DNA of 64,000 bases from Octopus sinensis (GCF_006345805.1 NC_043000.1:26040001-26104000); one strand, 5' to 3'. Counted from the stretch's first letter, positions 51,760 to 64,000 are shown. Made by a program: numbers and translations. The notes: generated by a model from the letters alone, not told the origin.

Positions 51760-54700
51760 ATTACTTTTTTTTTCTTCTTTCAAATTTGCTTCCATTTCTT
51801 GCCGAGTGTCTTCCCGACTCCTAGGGCAAAGAAATTCATAGTATGCATTGGTAGGCCATTAAACCAAACTCAGTAGTTCGTTCATCTTTTTAAATTTTTT
51901 TTTTAAAGTTAAATTAAAATACATGAGCAGCAACAGTTCTCACATCGACAATGCTCTTCTCAATACGTGTGATGTACCAGTTAAGACAATCTTTTGCACT
52001 TCTTGCAGGGATGGTAAGCCAGGGATCATTCTCATATAATTTTCGGTTCCCTTCTTGATCATTCCTAGTGCTCCTACGATCACTGGTATTGTAACCGCCT
52101 TGAGATGCCACATTTTCTCAATTTCAATGAGTAGGTCTTTATTTTTTCTGAGCTTGTCAAACTCTTTCGCTGAGATATTATGATCACAGGGGATGCTCAT
52201 GTCGATCAATAAGCAAACTTTATTGTTTTGGTCTTTCACAACAATATCTGGTTTATTGGCCTTGATGGTTCGGTCTGTATGTACTGGAAAGTCCCACAGA
52301 ATGGTTACATTTTCTCCTTCAGTTACAGCCTCAGGGTGGTGATTATACCACTTGTCGGCAGTTTTGATATTGTAATGCCGACTTATTAGCCAGTGTAGAT
52401 ATTGGCCAACTCTGTCATGTCTTAATTTATACTCCACTGGTGCTAAGACTTTACATCCAGAGATTAGGTGGTCCACTGTTTCAATCATGTCGTTGCAGAA
52501 TCGGCATTTTGGGTCTGCTCCATTTTTCATCACATTGGCCTGGTAGTTCCGGGTTAATAGGCTTTGATCTTGAGCAGCCAGGATGAAACCTTCGCTCTCT
52601 GCTTTTAGCCCTGAGCTCCGTAGCCACTGATGGGTTTGCTTCTGGTCAACATCAGCTTGTTTGCTGCGGGTCACATATTTGCCGTGCAGAGGTTTCTCCT
52701 CCCACCTATCAGCCAATTGCTCGTGCGCTTTCTTCATTGCCATCATTTTCACCTTCTTTGCAACAACAGTTGCCGTACTTCCCTCGGGTTGTTCAGTTTG
52801 GGTATCCTGCACGAGATCAATAGCAAATTTTTTGCTTTCCTTTATAATAGAATGAAGCTTCTTTCGTCTCTCGTGATTTTCCACGAGCTTTAGCATCCAG
52901 TCATTCGATATTTCGAGATATTTGGCCAGTCCAATTGTGGTTGTTTTGTAAGCTAGTTCAAATTGGATCAGGCCTCGACCTCCTTGGGCTCTGGGAAGGT
53001 AAAGGCGATCTACGTCTGCCTTTGGGTGGTGCATCCTATTACAACTCAGCAGCTTGCGTATTTTTCTATCTATATTCTTTACTTCACTCATATTCCAGTT
53101 CAACACATTGTAGCTATAAGTAACAACTGGAACTACTAAGGAATTTATAGCTAACACCTTGTTACGTGCATTTAGTTCAGATTTCAGGACTGCACGAACT
53201 CTCCTATAACATTCCTTCCTGATTTTCTCTTTCATGCTTGCATGCTGAATACCAGAGCCTTCATTTATCCCTAAATATTTGTATGATTGTTCTTGCTCAA
53301 GCTCTCTTATGACTGTGTCAACATCTAACACGACTGAATTTGTGGTCTTCACTTTCCCTTTCTGGAAAGTGGCCTTGGCACACTTCTCAAGTCCAAACTC
53401 CATCCCGATGTCATCGCTGAATGCTTTCACGGTGCGCAATAGGCCTTCAAGTTCATTATTGTCTTTACCATAAAGTTTTAAGTCATCCATATAAAATAGA
53501 TGGCTTATTTTTTTATTGGCAATTTTATACCCATACCCTGTTCTGTTTAATTCACTTGTAAGGGGTATTAGGGCTATGCAGAATATTAAAGGTGAAAGTG
53601 AGTCACCTTGAAAAATTCCACAGTTGATGTTTATATTTTCTGAGGCAAGTACTCCATTAGAGTGGTATAATTGGAGATTCGTATTCCACAACGACATATT
53701 GTGCTTCAGGAAGTTTGAAATCACAGGGGAAATTTTAAAGATGTCCAGCGATCTCAAGATCCATGGATGCGGTATACTGTCGAAGGCCTTTTTATAGTCA
53801 ATCCATGCCGTGCCGAGATTTCTGCGCTTGTTGTGACAGTTCTCAAGGATCATACGATTGATTAGCAGTTGATCTTTGCATCCGTAAGAGCCTCGGCGGC
53901 ACCCTTTTTGTTCAATGGGGAAAATATCGTTCTTCTCCATGAATGCATATGTTTTCTCCGCCAGGATAGATGTTAGGATTTTATGCGTGGTGGATAGACA
54001 GGTTATAGGCCGATAGTTTTTTGGAAGGTTGGTTTCGTTATTCTTTGGGAGTAGGTAAGTAATGCCACTTGCTAACCATTCAGGTGTTTTCTTTGGGTCT
54101 CTCATAATTCCATTGAGCAGCTGAACTAGCTTACCGTGTGCGCATGGGAGCGATGCGAGCCAGAAATTCGGCACCCTATCTTTACCGGGGATTTCCAATT
54201 ATGGGCCTTCGTGAGTGCCTTTCTTAGGTCTGCTATTGTGATGTCTTCCCATGCTTGTTGTAAATTTTGGTAGGATCCTTCAGTTTGTATAATCCAGTCT
54301 GCATTTATGTTGTACGTCTTCTTGTCACTCCAAATCCTTTTCCAAAAGTTTTGAACTTCTTCCATGGGAGGGGGGTCTTTAACGGTTACTTTCTCCTTCC
54401 CTATTTCTCTGTAGAATTTTTTGGCATTGGATGTGAACAGCTTATTTTGCTTGTAAAACTTGTTTCTCTTCTCAAATCTTCGTATTCTTTGGGCTTTTGC
54501 TTGGACTTTTTGTTTCAGCGTTTCTTTTATTGATATCAGTTCTTCTCTTGGTGAGGATTCAAATTTTCTCTTCATCTTTCTTCCTGTTCTGGATCTTACA
54601 TCATTTCCACATATTAGTTCATTTAATATTGATATTTCCCCTCTCATAAATTCAATCTCTTTTTCAATTTTACTTCTCCAGGTTTGATTTCTTCCCAGAT

Positions 54701-54900
54701 TTTGTTTTCTTTGTTTTTTCGGGGGCATACAGCTGGTTTCAATTGCCCTAGCAGAAGCGTAAATAATTTCATTTAACTCAGTAAAATCAGGTTTTAATTC
54801 TCGTATTATTTCATTTGTTACATAGTTGCCAATTTGGATTTGTTTTTTATTTTGGTTTGTATTTGAGAGTTTATGAAGTGGTTCTCTATCATTCATACTT

Positions 54901-54902
<2 letters not shown>
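51760..54902 (-). mobile_element. R4/Dong-clade non-LTR retrotransposon, 5'-truncated, inserted in (AAT)n
   Basis: (AAT)n on both flanks (51737-51757 and 54903-54952); RT, CCHC knuckle and restriction-like endonuclease in one ORF; short 3'UTR. Confidence 0.95.
51940..54198 (-). CDS. Reverse transcriptase + zinc knuckle + restriction-like endonuclease (R4/Dong ORF, C-terminal about 750 aa)
   Basis: NYRPITCL, WIDYKKAFDS, GIFQGDSLSP, HLFYMDDLKLY, YKYLG, CRFC...DHLISGC, RHD, KPDIVV...LIDMSIP. It joins the upstream ORF (54200-54900) through a single-base frameshift at tcccc|ggt. Confidence 0.95.
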   Translation of the reverse strand: MEIPGKDRVPNFWLASLPCAHGKLVQLLNGIMRDPKKTPEWLASGITYLLPKNNETNLPKNYRPITCLSTTHKILTSILAEKTYAFMEKNDIFPIEQKGCRRGSYGCKDQLLINRMILENCHNKRRNLGTAWIDYKKAFDSIPHPWILRSLDIFKISPVISNFLKHNMSLWNTNLQLYHSNGVLASENININCGIFQGDSLSPLIFCIALIPLTSELNRTGYGYKIANKKISHLFYMDDLKLYGKDNNELEGLLRTVKAFSDDIGMEFGLEKCAKATFQKGKVKTTNSVVLDVDTVIRELEQEQSYKYLGINEGSGIQHASMKEKIRKECYRRVRAVLKSELNARNKVLAINSLVVPVVTYSYNVLNWNMSEVKNIDRKIRKLLSCNRMHHPKADVDRLYLPRAQGGRGLIQFELAYKTTTIGLAKYLEISNDWMLKLVENHERRKKLHSIIKESKKFAIDLVQDTQTEQPEGSTATVVAKKVKMMAMKKAHEQLADRWEEKPLHGKYVTRSKQADVDQKQTHQWLRSSGLKAESEGFILAAQDQSLLTRNYQANVMKNGADPKCRFCNDMIETVDHLISGCKVLAPVEYKLRHDRVGQYLHWLISRHYNIKTADKWYNHHPEAVTEGENVTILWDFPVHTDRTIKANKPDIVVKDQNNKVCLLIDMSIPCDHNISAKEFDKLRKNKDLLIEIEKMWHLKAVTIPVIVGALGMIKKGTENYMRMIPGLPSLQEVQKIVLTGTSHVLRRALSM

Positions 54903-54952
<50 letters not shown>

Positions 54953-54957
<5 letters not shown>

Positions 54958-55027
54958 TCACTGCCTGGAATCGAACTCGGAATCTTGGGATTAGTAGCCT
55001 GTGCTCTTAACCATTGCGCCATATGGC
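54953..55027 (-). mobile_element. tRNA-derived SINE head (same family as 14612)
   Basis: gccatatggcgcaatggttaagagcacaggctactaatcccaagattccgagttcgattccaggcagtgacctg: A and B boxes, followed by (AAT)n. Confidence 0.8.
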
Positions 55028-56394
55028 TGTTGTTGATTAAACGCAGGAGTCTGCAACATTGAGGTCGCGATCCATAACTGAGACACTGAAATCTGCTGGG
55101 TGCCTTAAACCTTTTCTAACACCTTTTTTCCCAAAATTAATCTCTTTGCGGATTATAGAACGTTGATGGCTTTGTGTGATGAATTCATTCATCGTTTATC
55201 TTTTTACTTGTTCTAGTCATTAGACTGCGACCATACTGAGGTACCGCCTTGAGGAATTTTAGCCGAACGATTCGACCCAAGTACTTATGTTTTTAAAGCC
55301 TGGTACTTATTCAATCGGACAGTTTCGCCGAAACGCTAAGTTGGTGTGCAGCCTCATGCACCAAGACGTACACACATAGCGGCCATCTCCTTCCAGTTTC
55401 TGTCTGTCAAATCCATTCACAAGAATTTGTAAATATTTAGGCAGTGAAGCGGATATATTATATAAGTTAAGAAGTAAAAAAAAAGATGTTTTATGGCTGT
55501 GAAAAGATAGAAGAAAGAACATGCACGAGCTTTTCGAGGCCTCCGTGAGTGTAAGGAAGAAAGGAAAACCTTAGACCACGCCCGAGACCTTTGCTGAAGA
55601 CGAACAAAGGACCAAACAGTGGTGTTAAACCGAGCAAACATTCTGTGAATGATCGATCTGCAGAGTTACCACAGTTTTCTTCGACCGGTTTACACTCGCA
55701 AGGTTTTGGCAGTTCGGGGTTACAACTAAAATACATGTGCCACAGCAGCGTCGCAGTGAGATTAAACGAGAAACAACGGAGATGTGAAGGAAACTTCTTG
55801 ACCGCACAGCCACGCCTATGACTCTGTTGACCCCACACAGCAATCCCAACCAACAAGGCCTGCACGTTTATCGACAGTCTTAAATACACTCACTTGAATG
55901 CAGAACCATACCTGCATCTTTTTTGACCACACAGCTACGTGTGTACCAGTGCTGACCACAGCTTTGCTTGTATTTTTCTTGACCACACAGCTATGCCAAC
56001 ATCTATGTCTAAGCAGTTATAAAGGAATAACGGTAGACTGTCATTTTTGCCTCTGTTTTACCTAGGGGCACATTTTGGCGAACCTTAACCAGATTTTCAA
56101 GGCGCTTAAGTGATGGAGGTACCACACTCACTCCTGAGCGAGATATCTGTCCGTCATAGAACTAACCTCCTAGTACCGCTGGCACTCATTTACAGTTAGC
56201 TTGACTGAGAATTGAACGCATATCCTAAACATCGTCAACGTAACATCTAAGCTGTAGATCCTGCATTTTCGTGGTGGAAACTAGAATCAGAAATGTTATT
56301 GAAGTAAACACAAGACTAAAAAATAAACAAAAGCAAAAAAAAAACAACAAAAAAACAAACAAACAAAAAACAAAAAAAAAACAGGTGTACTCTT

Positions 56395-56945
56395 TTCTAC
56401 ACTTGGCACAAGGCTTGAAATTTTTAGGGAGGGGGCCAGTCGATTAAGTACGCCACTGGTACTTAATTTATCGACCACGAAAGGATGAGAGGCAAAGTCG
56501 ACCTCGGCGGAATTTGAACTCAGAACGTAGCGGCAGACGAAATACCTATTTCTTTACTACCCAGAAGAGGCTAAACACAGAGTGGACAAACAAGGATAGA
56601 CAAACGGATTAAGTCGATTGCATCGACCCCAGTGCGTAACTGGTACTTAATTTATCGACCACGAAAGGATGAGAGGCAAAGTCGACCTCGGCGGAATTTG
56701 AACTCAGAACGTAGCGGCAGACGAAATACCTATTTCTTTACTACCCAGAAGAGGTCAAACACAGAGTGGACAAACAAGGATAGACAAACGGATGAAGTCG
56801 ATTACATCGACCCCAGTGCGTAACTGGTACTTAATTTATCGACCCTGAAAGGATGAAAGGCAAAGTCGACCTCGACGGAATTTGAACTCAGAACTGACGA
56901 AATGCCGCAAAGCATTTTGTCCGGCGTGCTAACGATTCTGCTAGA
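56395..56945 (-). mobile_element. Tandem multimer of SINE family A (units about 180 bp, nearly identical)
   Basis: cactggtacttaatttatcgaccacgaaaggatgagaggcaaagtcgacc... occurs three times, sharing private variants (ccacg, gagagg, ccagaagagg). Confidence 0.9.
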
Positions 56946-57646
56946 TCACAATTGGTATCACGTACTTGTTTTATACCCTTATAAATTAAGTGTCAGTTTA
57001 AACGGACGATCGGCATGAATGGGTTAAAATATATATATACATAAGTAGTCGATCGATTTGTTCGACTAAACCTTTCAAGGTGATGCTCCAGGTTGGCCGT
57101 CGCTCAGTGAGAGAAACACGTAAAAGCTGAATACCAGGACAAAGTATATCTCACACAAAATATACATGCAGTATGCACCGCAACGCTGTCCTTATTAAAA
57201 CTTACGCACTTAAACAAAAAAAAATATATTCAAAAAGTTAGTGCAAGGTTTCACATAGAACGGAAGGTAGAAAATAATCGATACTTTTGTTGTTTCACGC
57301 TTAAATCTGTTAATACCTCTTCGAAGATATTCAGGGATTTTGCTCAATTCAAACATTAGAGAAGTTTACAGTTCGATTTAGTGAGCTTGAACTTTGAAGA
57401 TTTTAGAAATACAGATTTCAATGCGAGATAATGGAGGAAAAAATTTTTTTTCTATCGTCTGTAGATTTTGAAACCGTGCACTAACCTTTTGAAGATCTGA
57501 CTTTTAAGTGGGGAATTTTAATGGTATTCTTTTATTCTTTTATGCGTTTCAGTCCAAAGGCTGTGGCCATGGTAAGGCACCGCCAATGTTATTACCTTTT
57601 CAATGACAGCTCTTTTGTGGTTGGTGTTTTTGAAGGAGGGAGTTCG

Positions 57647-57721
<75 letters not shown>

Positions 57722-59229
57722 TTTTATTTGTTTTTGTCATTTGAATGTGGTCATGCTGGAGCACCGCCTTTAGTCAAACAAATCGTCCCCAGGACTTATT
57801 CTATCGCTCTCTTTTGCCGAACCGCTAAGTTACGGTGACGTAGGTTTATCTGGGACCTTGGACAGCAAGAGGTCAAGTTGTTTCTTGAAACCGTCTGCTC
57901 CTACTCCATGTAGATCTCTCATGTTTTGGAAAGGTATTAAATAGCCGATATTGTTCCAAATGCACACACACACACATGCGTGCACATTTCTCTCCTCTCT
58001 TTTCCATCTCCCTTTTTCTCTTAATATAAATGTATATGTAACAGGAATATTTGCAGAGTCCGAAACACCAACTCACAATTCGGAATCACTGTCTTCAGAT
58101 GTGAAAATAACAATAGACAAACAGGATTCTGTTAAGAATTGATGACATCAGCAAACAACTAATTATTCCAGTTTCTGGTAAACATTATATTAGGAATTTG
58201 TTTTTCATCAGTTGCTGGACTGACTGGCAGATAAAATCCTCAATAGAACCAACATATGTTTAACTCATTAGATTTCAGTTGTGTTAAGCCACGGATCTTT
58301 ACCTTTTGACCTACAGATTTAAAAAATAATTTTTGTAACTAAACACTTTCAAATTTCGGACACTGCTAGAAGGTCTCATACAAAACATCTTTTACTCTTA
58401 GCATTTTTGAGAAAAACTTACATTTACGAAGTAATTTCACGTTAAAGCAGTCCTATTTCGGTAATTTCAACCAATCAATGACGTGTATTTGGCTGAATAA
58501 AATTACTGCCGTTGTTTATCAACAAGAACTTCCGGCGGTGTATTTTTCGTTTGTCACTGTTATTTATTTATGCAATAAGTTGTATTGGACTACGCGTTAC
58601 CATTAGCCCTCGCGAGCGGCTTGTCCTTTTTCTGAAAGAATGAACGTGGCGGCTGGTATTTCCGACGGACATTGCTGGTCATCATTAAAAAATGAACTTT
58701 GAACTTCAATGAAAAACAAAATGATAATGGACAAGTCTGTGACAATCTTCCAGAATATTCTTTGTCTGTTTTATGCACGCTTCAAGTCAGGAATTGTGAT
58801 TCTCTTTATGATGTTCCAGGTTTTGAAAAATAAATGAAAATTAAAGAAATTGGATATCTTTGAATCGAATTACTGAGAGACGAGATTGAGAATCTTTTTC
58901 GAGATTTCACATCAAAGAAATCTCTATTTCTACTGGTTTTCAACTCTTGGTTTGTACATGAAAAAAAAATGGCGACATGCTTTTTCTTTTAGAAGATATT
59001 ATTTTTATGTGTGCATTGTATGTATTATTTTTATGCGTAGTTATATAATATAAAAAGTCAAGTAGATTATATATACATTTATTTTAATTTTACAAAGAAA
59101 CGGTTGCCTGTGACCTTGAAGTATTCGGCTGAATTGCCTTCGTTAGACAATCCGAAAAAGGCAGCTGCGTCGAAACTTCGAAGACATTACCAACTTTTCG
59201 TTGTAACAAAAATACGTATAAGAAAGCAT

Positions 59230-59333
<104 letters not shown>

Positions 59334-59367
59334 ATATATATATATATTATATATATATATATATATA

Positions 59368-59414
59368 AAGTAGTACCTCGGTTTTCGAAAAACTCAGATC
59401 GCGAATAAATCGTG

Positions 59415-59453
<39 letters not shown>

Positions 59454-59581
59454 CATGATTTATTCGTGATCAGAGGCGTTCGTAAACCGAGGTACTACTG
59501 TATTAAATGAATATGAGAACGACAGGAGATGAAGTACGATTTATTTGTGATCAGAGTTGTTCGAAAACCGAGGTACTACTG
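59368..59581. mobile_element. pogo/Tigger-like MITE with central (TA)n and duplicated right arm
   Basis: AGTAGTACCTCGGTTTTCGAA left end; two right ends CCGAGGTACTACTG|TA at 59500 and 59581. A mariner-like TIR (tattgggttggtgcataattattgcgg) follows at 59586. Confidence 0.75.
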
Positions 59582-59951
59582 TATATATTGGGTTGGTGCA
59601 TAATTATTGCGGCTTTTTTTTCAACAAATTTTATTCAACAAAAACAATAACATGTAACAAAGTAAACGCGAACGAAATGCCGCTAACCATTTTTCTCGGA
59701 ATGCTAACGGTTTTGTCAGCTCGCCTTATATATATATATCACATTCGTTTTAACGAAAATTTATGGAAACAATTTAGCATTAAACTGAAAGATTACTGAC
59801 TATTTTAAAGTGGAGTACATGTTTACTAAACTTCAACAAGCAAACGGTTGATAGTGACTTCGAAGTTTCAGCTTGCTCGAAAATATTGCCTGAATATAAA
59901 TGTTCTTGTATTTTATGTACAGAAATTACACATCCATTCATACATAACAAC

Positions 59952-60024
<73 letters not shown>

Positions 60025-60031
60025 GGACACA

Positions 60032-60063
<32 letters not shown>

Positions 60064-60100
60064 AGCCAGACGCATACAATATAACCATATCTTATTTCAG

Positions 60101-60405
60101 GTGATACCGTGTACAGGTTACTCTAACTTTCCGGTCAACAGCTTTTTCAATCCGCCAGGAGGATTTCTGCAAGACAGCACTTCAGGCATGAACTTTCACT
60201 CTGATTCTGTCCATTACATGTTTCCACAAGTCCCACAGTTCTGTGACAGCTACATTCCAGTCAGACAACACATTATACCATCGATTCCAAAAAGCACAAA
60301 GAAAGCCCCCAAAGACAATTCGAATGAATTCGACGAGGCTTTGAAACGGATTATGATGGAGCAATTCTCCTTGTTTACAAACTTCACCCCACAATTTAGC
60401 ACATG
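60101..60405 (+). CDS. Coding exon of the TAP-C-domain gene (P/F/S-rich linker and first half of TAP-C)
   Basis: Acceptor cttatttcag, phase 0; VIPCTGYSNF...EALKRIMMEQFSLFTNFTPQFST; donor gtaagt, phase 2. Confidence 0.85.
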
Positions 60406-60944
60406 GTAAGTTTATTGAGCTTTCTTTTTGTCTGTCTTCAAGAGAGCTGGAATTCTTTATTGCTGAAGAACTTTTACTAAATAATATACCAGTTCTATTA
60501 CATTCAAGATCCTGTAAATAAAACAAGGACCATTATTTTGCCTGCACTCTTTTTGCCAGTCTTCGAGAGAGTTCTTCATTGCTTTTCTGATACAGTAAAT
60601 CATTGAAGTTGGACAGCTTTTGACGAATAATTTCATGGATCGCTTAAATTAATCAATTAATCATAACACAGACCATTTTGTCTTTCTTCTTTTATTAATT
60701 ATACTTCATTCACTTTTTTACTGTAAAATCTGGAGAAATTTTGCGAAATAATTCCATTGATCTCTTAAATTTAGCAGACCCTTATTCTGCTCGAACTTTC
60801 TTTGGTGACATTCTTGGAATTGCTGTAATTTTTCATAGTTTTGCTATAGAAGCTTCCTCATCTGCCCTGTTTTCATCAAATAACCGACACTTTAACAATT
60901 TTGCCTATCTGCCTTCCCGGTACTGTCAGCTCGCCGCCTTAGAC

Positions 60945-61150
60945 GAAAAAGGGAAGGCAAAAACCATCTGGGACTTTGATTTCCAGACAGACAAGGTGTT
61001 AGAGTCAAACGTAAAGATTGTCCCTATTATCATCGGGGCATTGGGTTCAATAGAGCCCAACCTGAAGAAACATCTGGAAACTTTAGAAATGTCCTACAAT
61101 CTAGGTGTACTGCAAAAATCGGTATTGCTTGGAAATAAAGTACTTTCTGT
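60945..61150 (+). mobile_element. Internally deleted R4/Dong-like 3' fragment
   Basis: KTIWDFDFQTDKVLES|NVKIVPIIIGALG...LQKSVLLG..KVLSV*; the PD..D core is missing. Confidence 0.75.
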
Positions 61151-62191
61151 CTGAGGTCCTTATTGTCACTTGACTGACAGTACAATATCTTCAATCAACA
61201 ACATCACGACGTCTTAAATAATAGAAATATTCCTGAAGCTGAGCCAATTGGCTGGAGGCCTGGGGTTAGACTAAGAACAAGATGGTTTGAAAATATCCAT
61301 AATCTCAGTTGATCATAGTTAAGAATCCAGCCTAAAAGTCTAATGATGGTTGCTTCTGATAGGACCCTGCGGAGGAGGTGCCTGAGGACTCTACCCCTAC
61401 GACCCACCCAAGTATAATGGGTGGGAAAAATGGATGGAAGGAAGCCGGATGTAGAATGTTATAAATTGTAGGCGTTTACACAGAATCGATTGTGACAATT
61501 AGAAAAGATAGATAAAAAAAATCTACTCTTAAAAAACAACAAAAGACAAAAGTAATGAAATGAAACGCCTCAATAAGGGATAATCTCAAGGGCCAATCAA
61601 AGAGTCCATCAGCTCCGTTCTTGGGGCTTCTTGGCCGACAGATTTCTCTGGTGTGTAGTTATATTTTACGAGTTGACGCATTTTTCAAAGAGGCCATACT
61701 CTCTGCTGCCACTCATTTAAATAATTTACTTCTGGAGAGGTTGGGATCGCCTGTCCCTCCATATTCAAATAGAATTTGAAGAAGTTGAAAGTTTGGCCCG
61801 AGAGGAAAATGTCTGTCTCCTATCTCAGCCTTGCCTATCATCATACTAACTCTTTTGCCATAACGACCAGAGGAAAACTGTGTTTCTCTCGGCTAAAGGA
61901 AGGTGGTGCTGCTGTCCTCACAATGGTCTCGGCTGACAGCCATATCTGCCCTATACACAATATGACAGCTAACATTAACACACGAAGTGAATGTTGATAT
62001 GTTCTAAGTCCTAGACCTCAGTTTTGCATCGAGGAATTAGAAATTTTCATCAGAGACGCATCATTTAAAACAAAAGAGCGTAAGCAATGTGATATTTTCT
62101 TATAATTTTTACAAACCTAGGAAACTCTGGGTACCGCCGCTAGTAATGGTAATAGAAATAAAAATAGGTTGTTTGTATTGTTCTGTTTCAG

Positions 62192-62252
62192 GTGTTTGGA
62201 ATGCTGTGGTTGGGACTATGGAAAAGCAGCTGACAGTTTCATCTACAATAGT
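62192..62252 (+). CDS. 61-nt coding exon, second half of the TAP-C (UBA-like) domain
   Basis: Acceptor ttgttctgtttcag, phase 2; (W)CLECCGWDYGKAADSFIYNS; donor gtgagt, phase 0. Aligns without gaps to NXF1 [20 protein letters not shown]. Confidence 0.85.
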
Positions 62253-62362
62253 GTGAGTAGACATCTTCAGTTAGTTCATCTCCGTAAACATTTTCTCCTC
62301 GCAAGCATCATTATTTTACTTAGTGCTGTAGTGCCAGTCACACTATTAGTGTATCATACCAC

Positions 62363-62393
<31 letters not shown>

Positions 62394-62579
62394 TGTATGT
62401 ATGTATGTATGTATGTATGTATGTATGCATGCTTGTATGTATGTATGTATGTATGCATGCATGCATGCATGCATGTATGTATGTATGTATGTATGTATGT
62501 CATTATTCAATTTATTTTAAGATTCCTTGCCAATGGAGAAAGAACCGGTTTCTAACCTAGATCCAAGACTCCTTCATAT

Positions 62580-63659
62580 TGTTACGGGTTTAACTAGTGC
62601 AGTGTTTCTGACCCACATCGTGGATATGGTTCCAGTATGTCTGGTGAAAATGTGACAGTCTTTTGTCTAATGGAGGACTAATGGGTTTTGGAATGACCTG
62701 TGACCTCGTGCGGCTGAGAAGAGGGTCAGGAGAATGTGAAAGAGGAAGACAGATTAAGGGAATCTAAGAGCAGATGGAGAGGGTATTGACAGTAAGAGAG
62801 AAGGACAGGCAGAGAGTATGGTAGAGCTGTCATGAGAGAGATAGAGTATAAGACTAAGGGACAGTTAGAGAGGGTATGAGCGGTACAGAGGGAGATGAGG
62901 GAGTGGAAGAAGCACAGAGACGAAGTGAGGTCTTGGCAGTCGTTGAGCGGTCGTCGAGGAACACAGACGGATCTTGCAGTCGCTGGCCGGTCCTCGAAGA
63001 AGACAGACGGACCTTGGATTTAAGGAGCAAGCGTTGGAATTCTTAGGAGCAAGTTGGATGCGAGAAAGCTTGGCGGCACAGAAGGGAATTAGCAGTATTC
63101 AGAGGAATTAGCAGTATTGAGAGGAATGGGACACTGGCAGATTCAATTAGGAATTGAGGTATGTGTTTGTGCATTGATATGTGTCACGGTGTATTGAACA
63201 GTGAAAAGAACAGTCAAGGACTCTGTCGATGTGGTCGATAAAGGACATTGTGAAGAAGAAGAGTAAAGGACTTGTTGATTGTGATGTTTAGGAAGAGACT
63301 TTAAAGAACTGTTGTCTTGGGACGTGTACTCTTGAATTGTTACATGATGTTGTATTATGCTTTGAGTTGTACTCTTGAAATGCTGTTGTATTATGTATTG
63401 AGTAGTCACGTGCATGCTTTGATGTATCTTGATGTTGTAACAATTGTAATTGTCGTATAAACTGTTGTTTGAATATAAGCCAGTGTTGCCAGTTGTTGTC
63501 TTGCCTCTTTGGGTTGTATCTCGGGTTGTGCCTCTGTATCTCTGTGCTGTTGGGGTTGTGGCAGTATCTATCTGTATCTCCTCTCTCCGCCTCTTTGGGT
63601 TCCGTGGCGGAACTTGTGTGAGCCGTTCGGGACGGGCGACGACGGGTGATTCCGTAACA
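62580..63659. mobile_element. Solo LTR (Gypsy-like), 1080 bp
   Basis: Termini TGTTACGG...CCGTAACA; ATAT on both sides (4-bp TSD); no retroviral ORF inside. Confidence 0.8.
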
Positions 63660-63690
<31 letters not shown>

Positions 63691-63715
63691 TGTATGTATG
63701 TATGTATGTATGTAT

Positions 63716-64000
63716 GTGCAGATTTGTATGTAGATATAGTTGCATATCTAGGCATACTCATATATATTTAAATGATAAACTTCTGGAAAGTTTTACAGAT
63801 TTTTACAGTTGCAGTGATGGATTGGATCTGTAGTCTTCGAATTAGCTTTCTCCTTTCTGGTTTTGAGAAGCCTAATTTCTCCAGATTGATACTTAGACAG
63901 GGTGTTACATATTCCAGGGCCCCACTAATTACAGGTATAAACCTGAAGTTGTAATCTGGATAGAGTAACTGTAGATTTCTAAATAGTTCAACTTAGGTGT
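63716..64000 (-). mobile_element. Third copy of the (TACA)n-associated R4-like family, running off the window
   Basis: Near-identical to 27095-27400 and 33310-33600 (FRFIPVISGALEYVTP...LGFSKPERRKLIRRLQIQSITATVKICK). Confidence 0.9.

Noticed and set aside
54953-55027. Functional tRNA gene (apparent ACT anticodon)
   Set aside because: The acceptor stem does not close and it runs into (AAT)n; it is a SINE head, also present at 14612.
56430-56945. Regularly spaced repeats resembling a repeat-spacer array
   Set aside because: Whole units are duplicated SINE segments; the intervening sequence is not unique.
63143-63833. 200-, 157- and 127-aa ORFs
   Set aside because: They begin or end in (TATG)n and lie within the solo LTR; no gag/pol motifs.

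Overview
AT-rich, repeat-dense eukaryotic genomic DNA. The SINE families, microsatellite load and long introns suggest an octopod cephalopod (Octopus-like); this is inference, not a database result. The best-supported host gene is a + strand, intron-rich gene with four phase-compatible coding exons (36529-36571, 41094-41848, 60101-60405, 62192-62252). They encode a long low-complexity protein ending in a TAP-C (NXF1/Mex67-type UBA-like) domain, with no RRM, LRR or NTF2-like domain visible; the last exon lies beyond the window. A candidate ETS/NRF1-motif promoter sits at about 35.3 kb. The rest is mostly mobile DNA. This includes a near-intact but 5'-truncated R4/Dong non-LTR retrotransposon in an (AAT)n tract, and three copies of a related restriction-like-endonuclease family in (TACA)n tracts, two of which share the same 5' end. 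There is also a Tc1 element with DD36E spacing, Penelope-like GIY-YIG remnants, several hammerhead-ribozyme-like motifs, non-autonomous Helitrons, foldback elements/MITEs, a solo LTR, and many tRNA-derived SINEs, some as head-to-tail multimers. Most ORF-track entries are microsatellite artefacts. Weak splice-signal evidence hints at another spliced transcript in 0-23 kb that I cannot identify.
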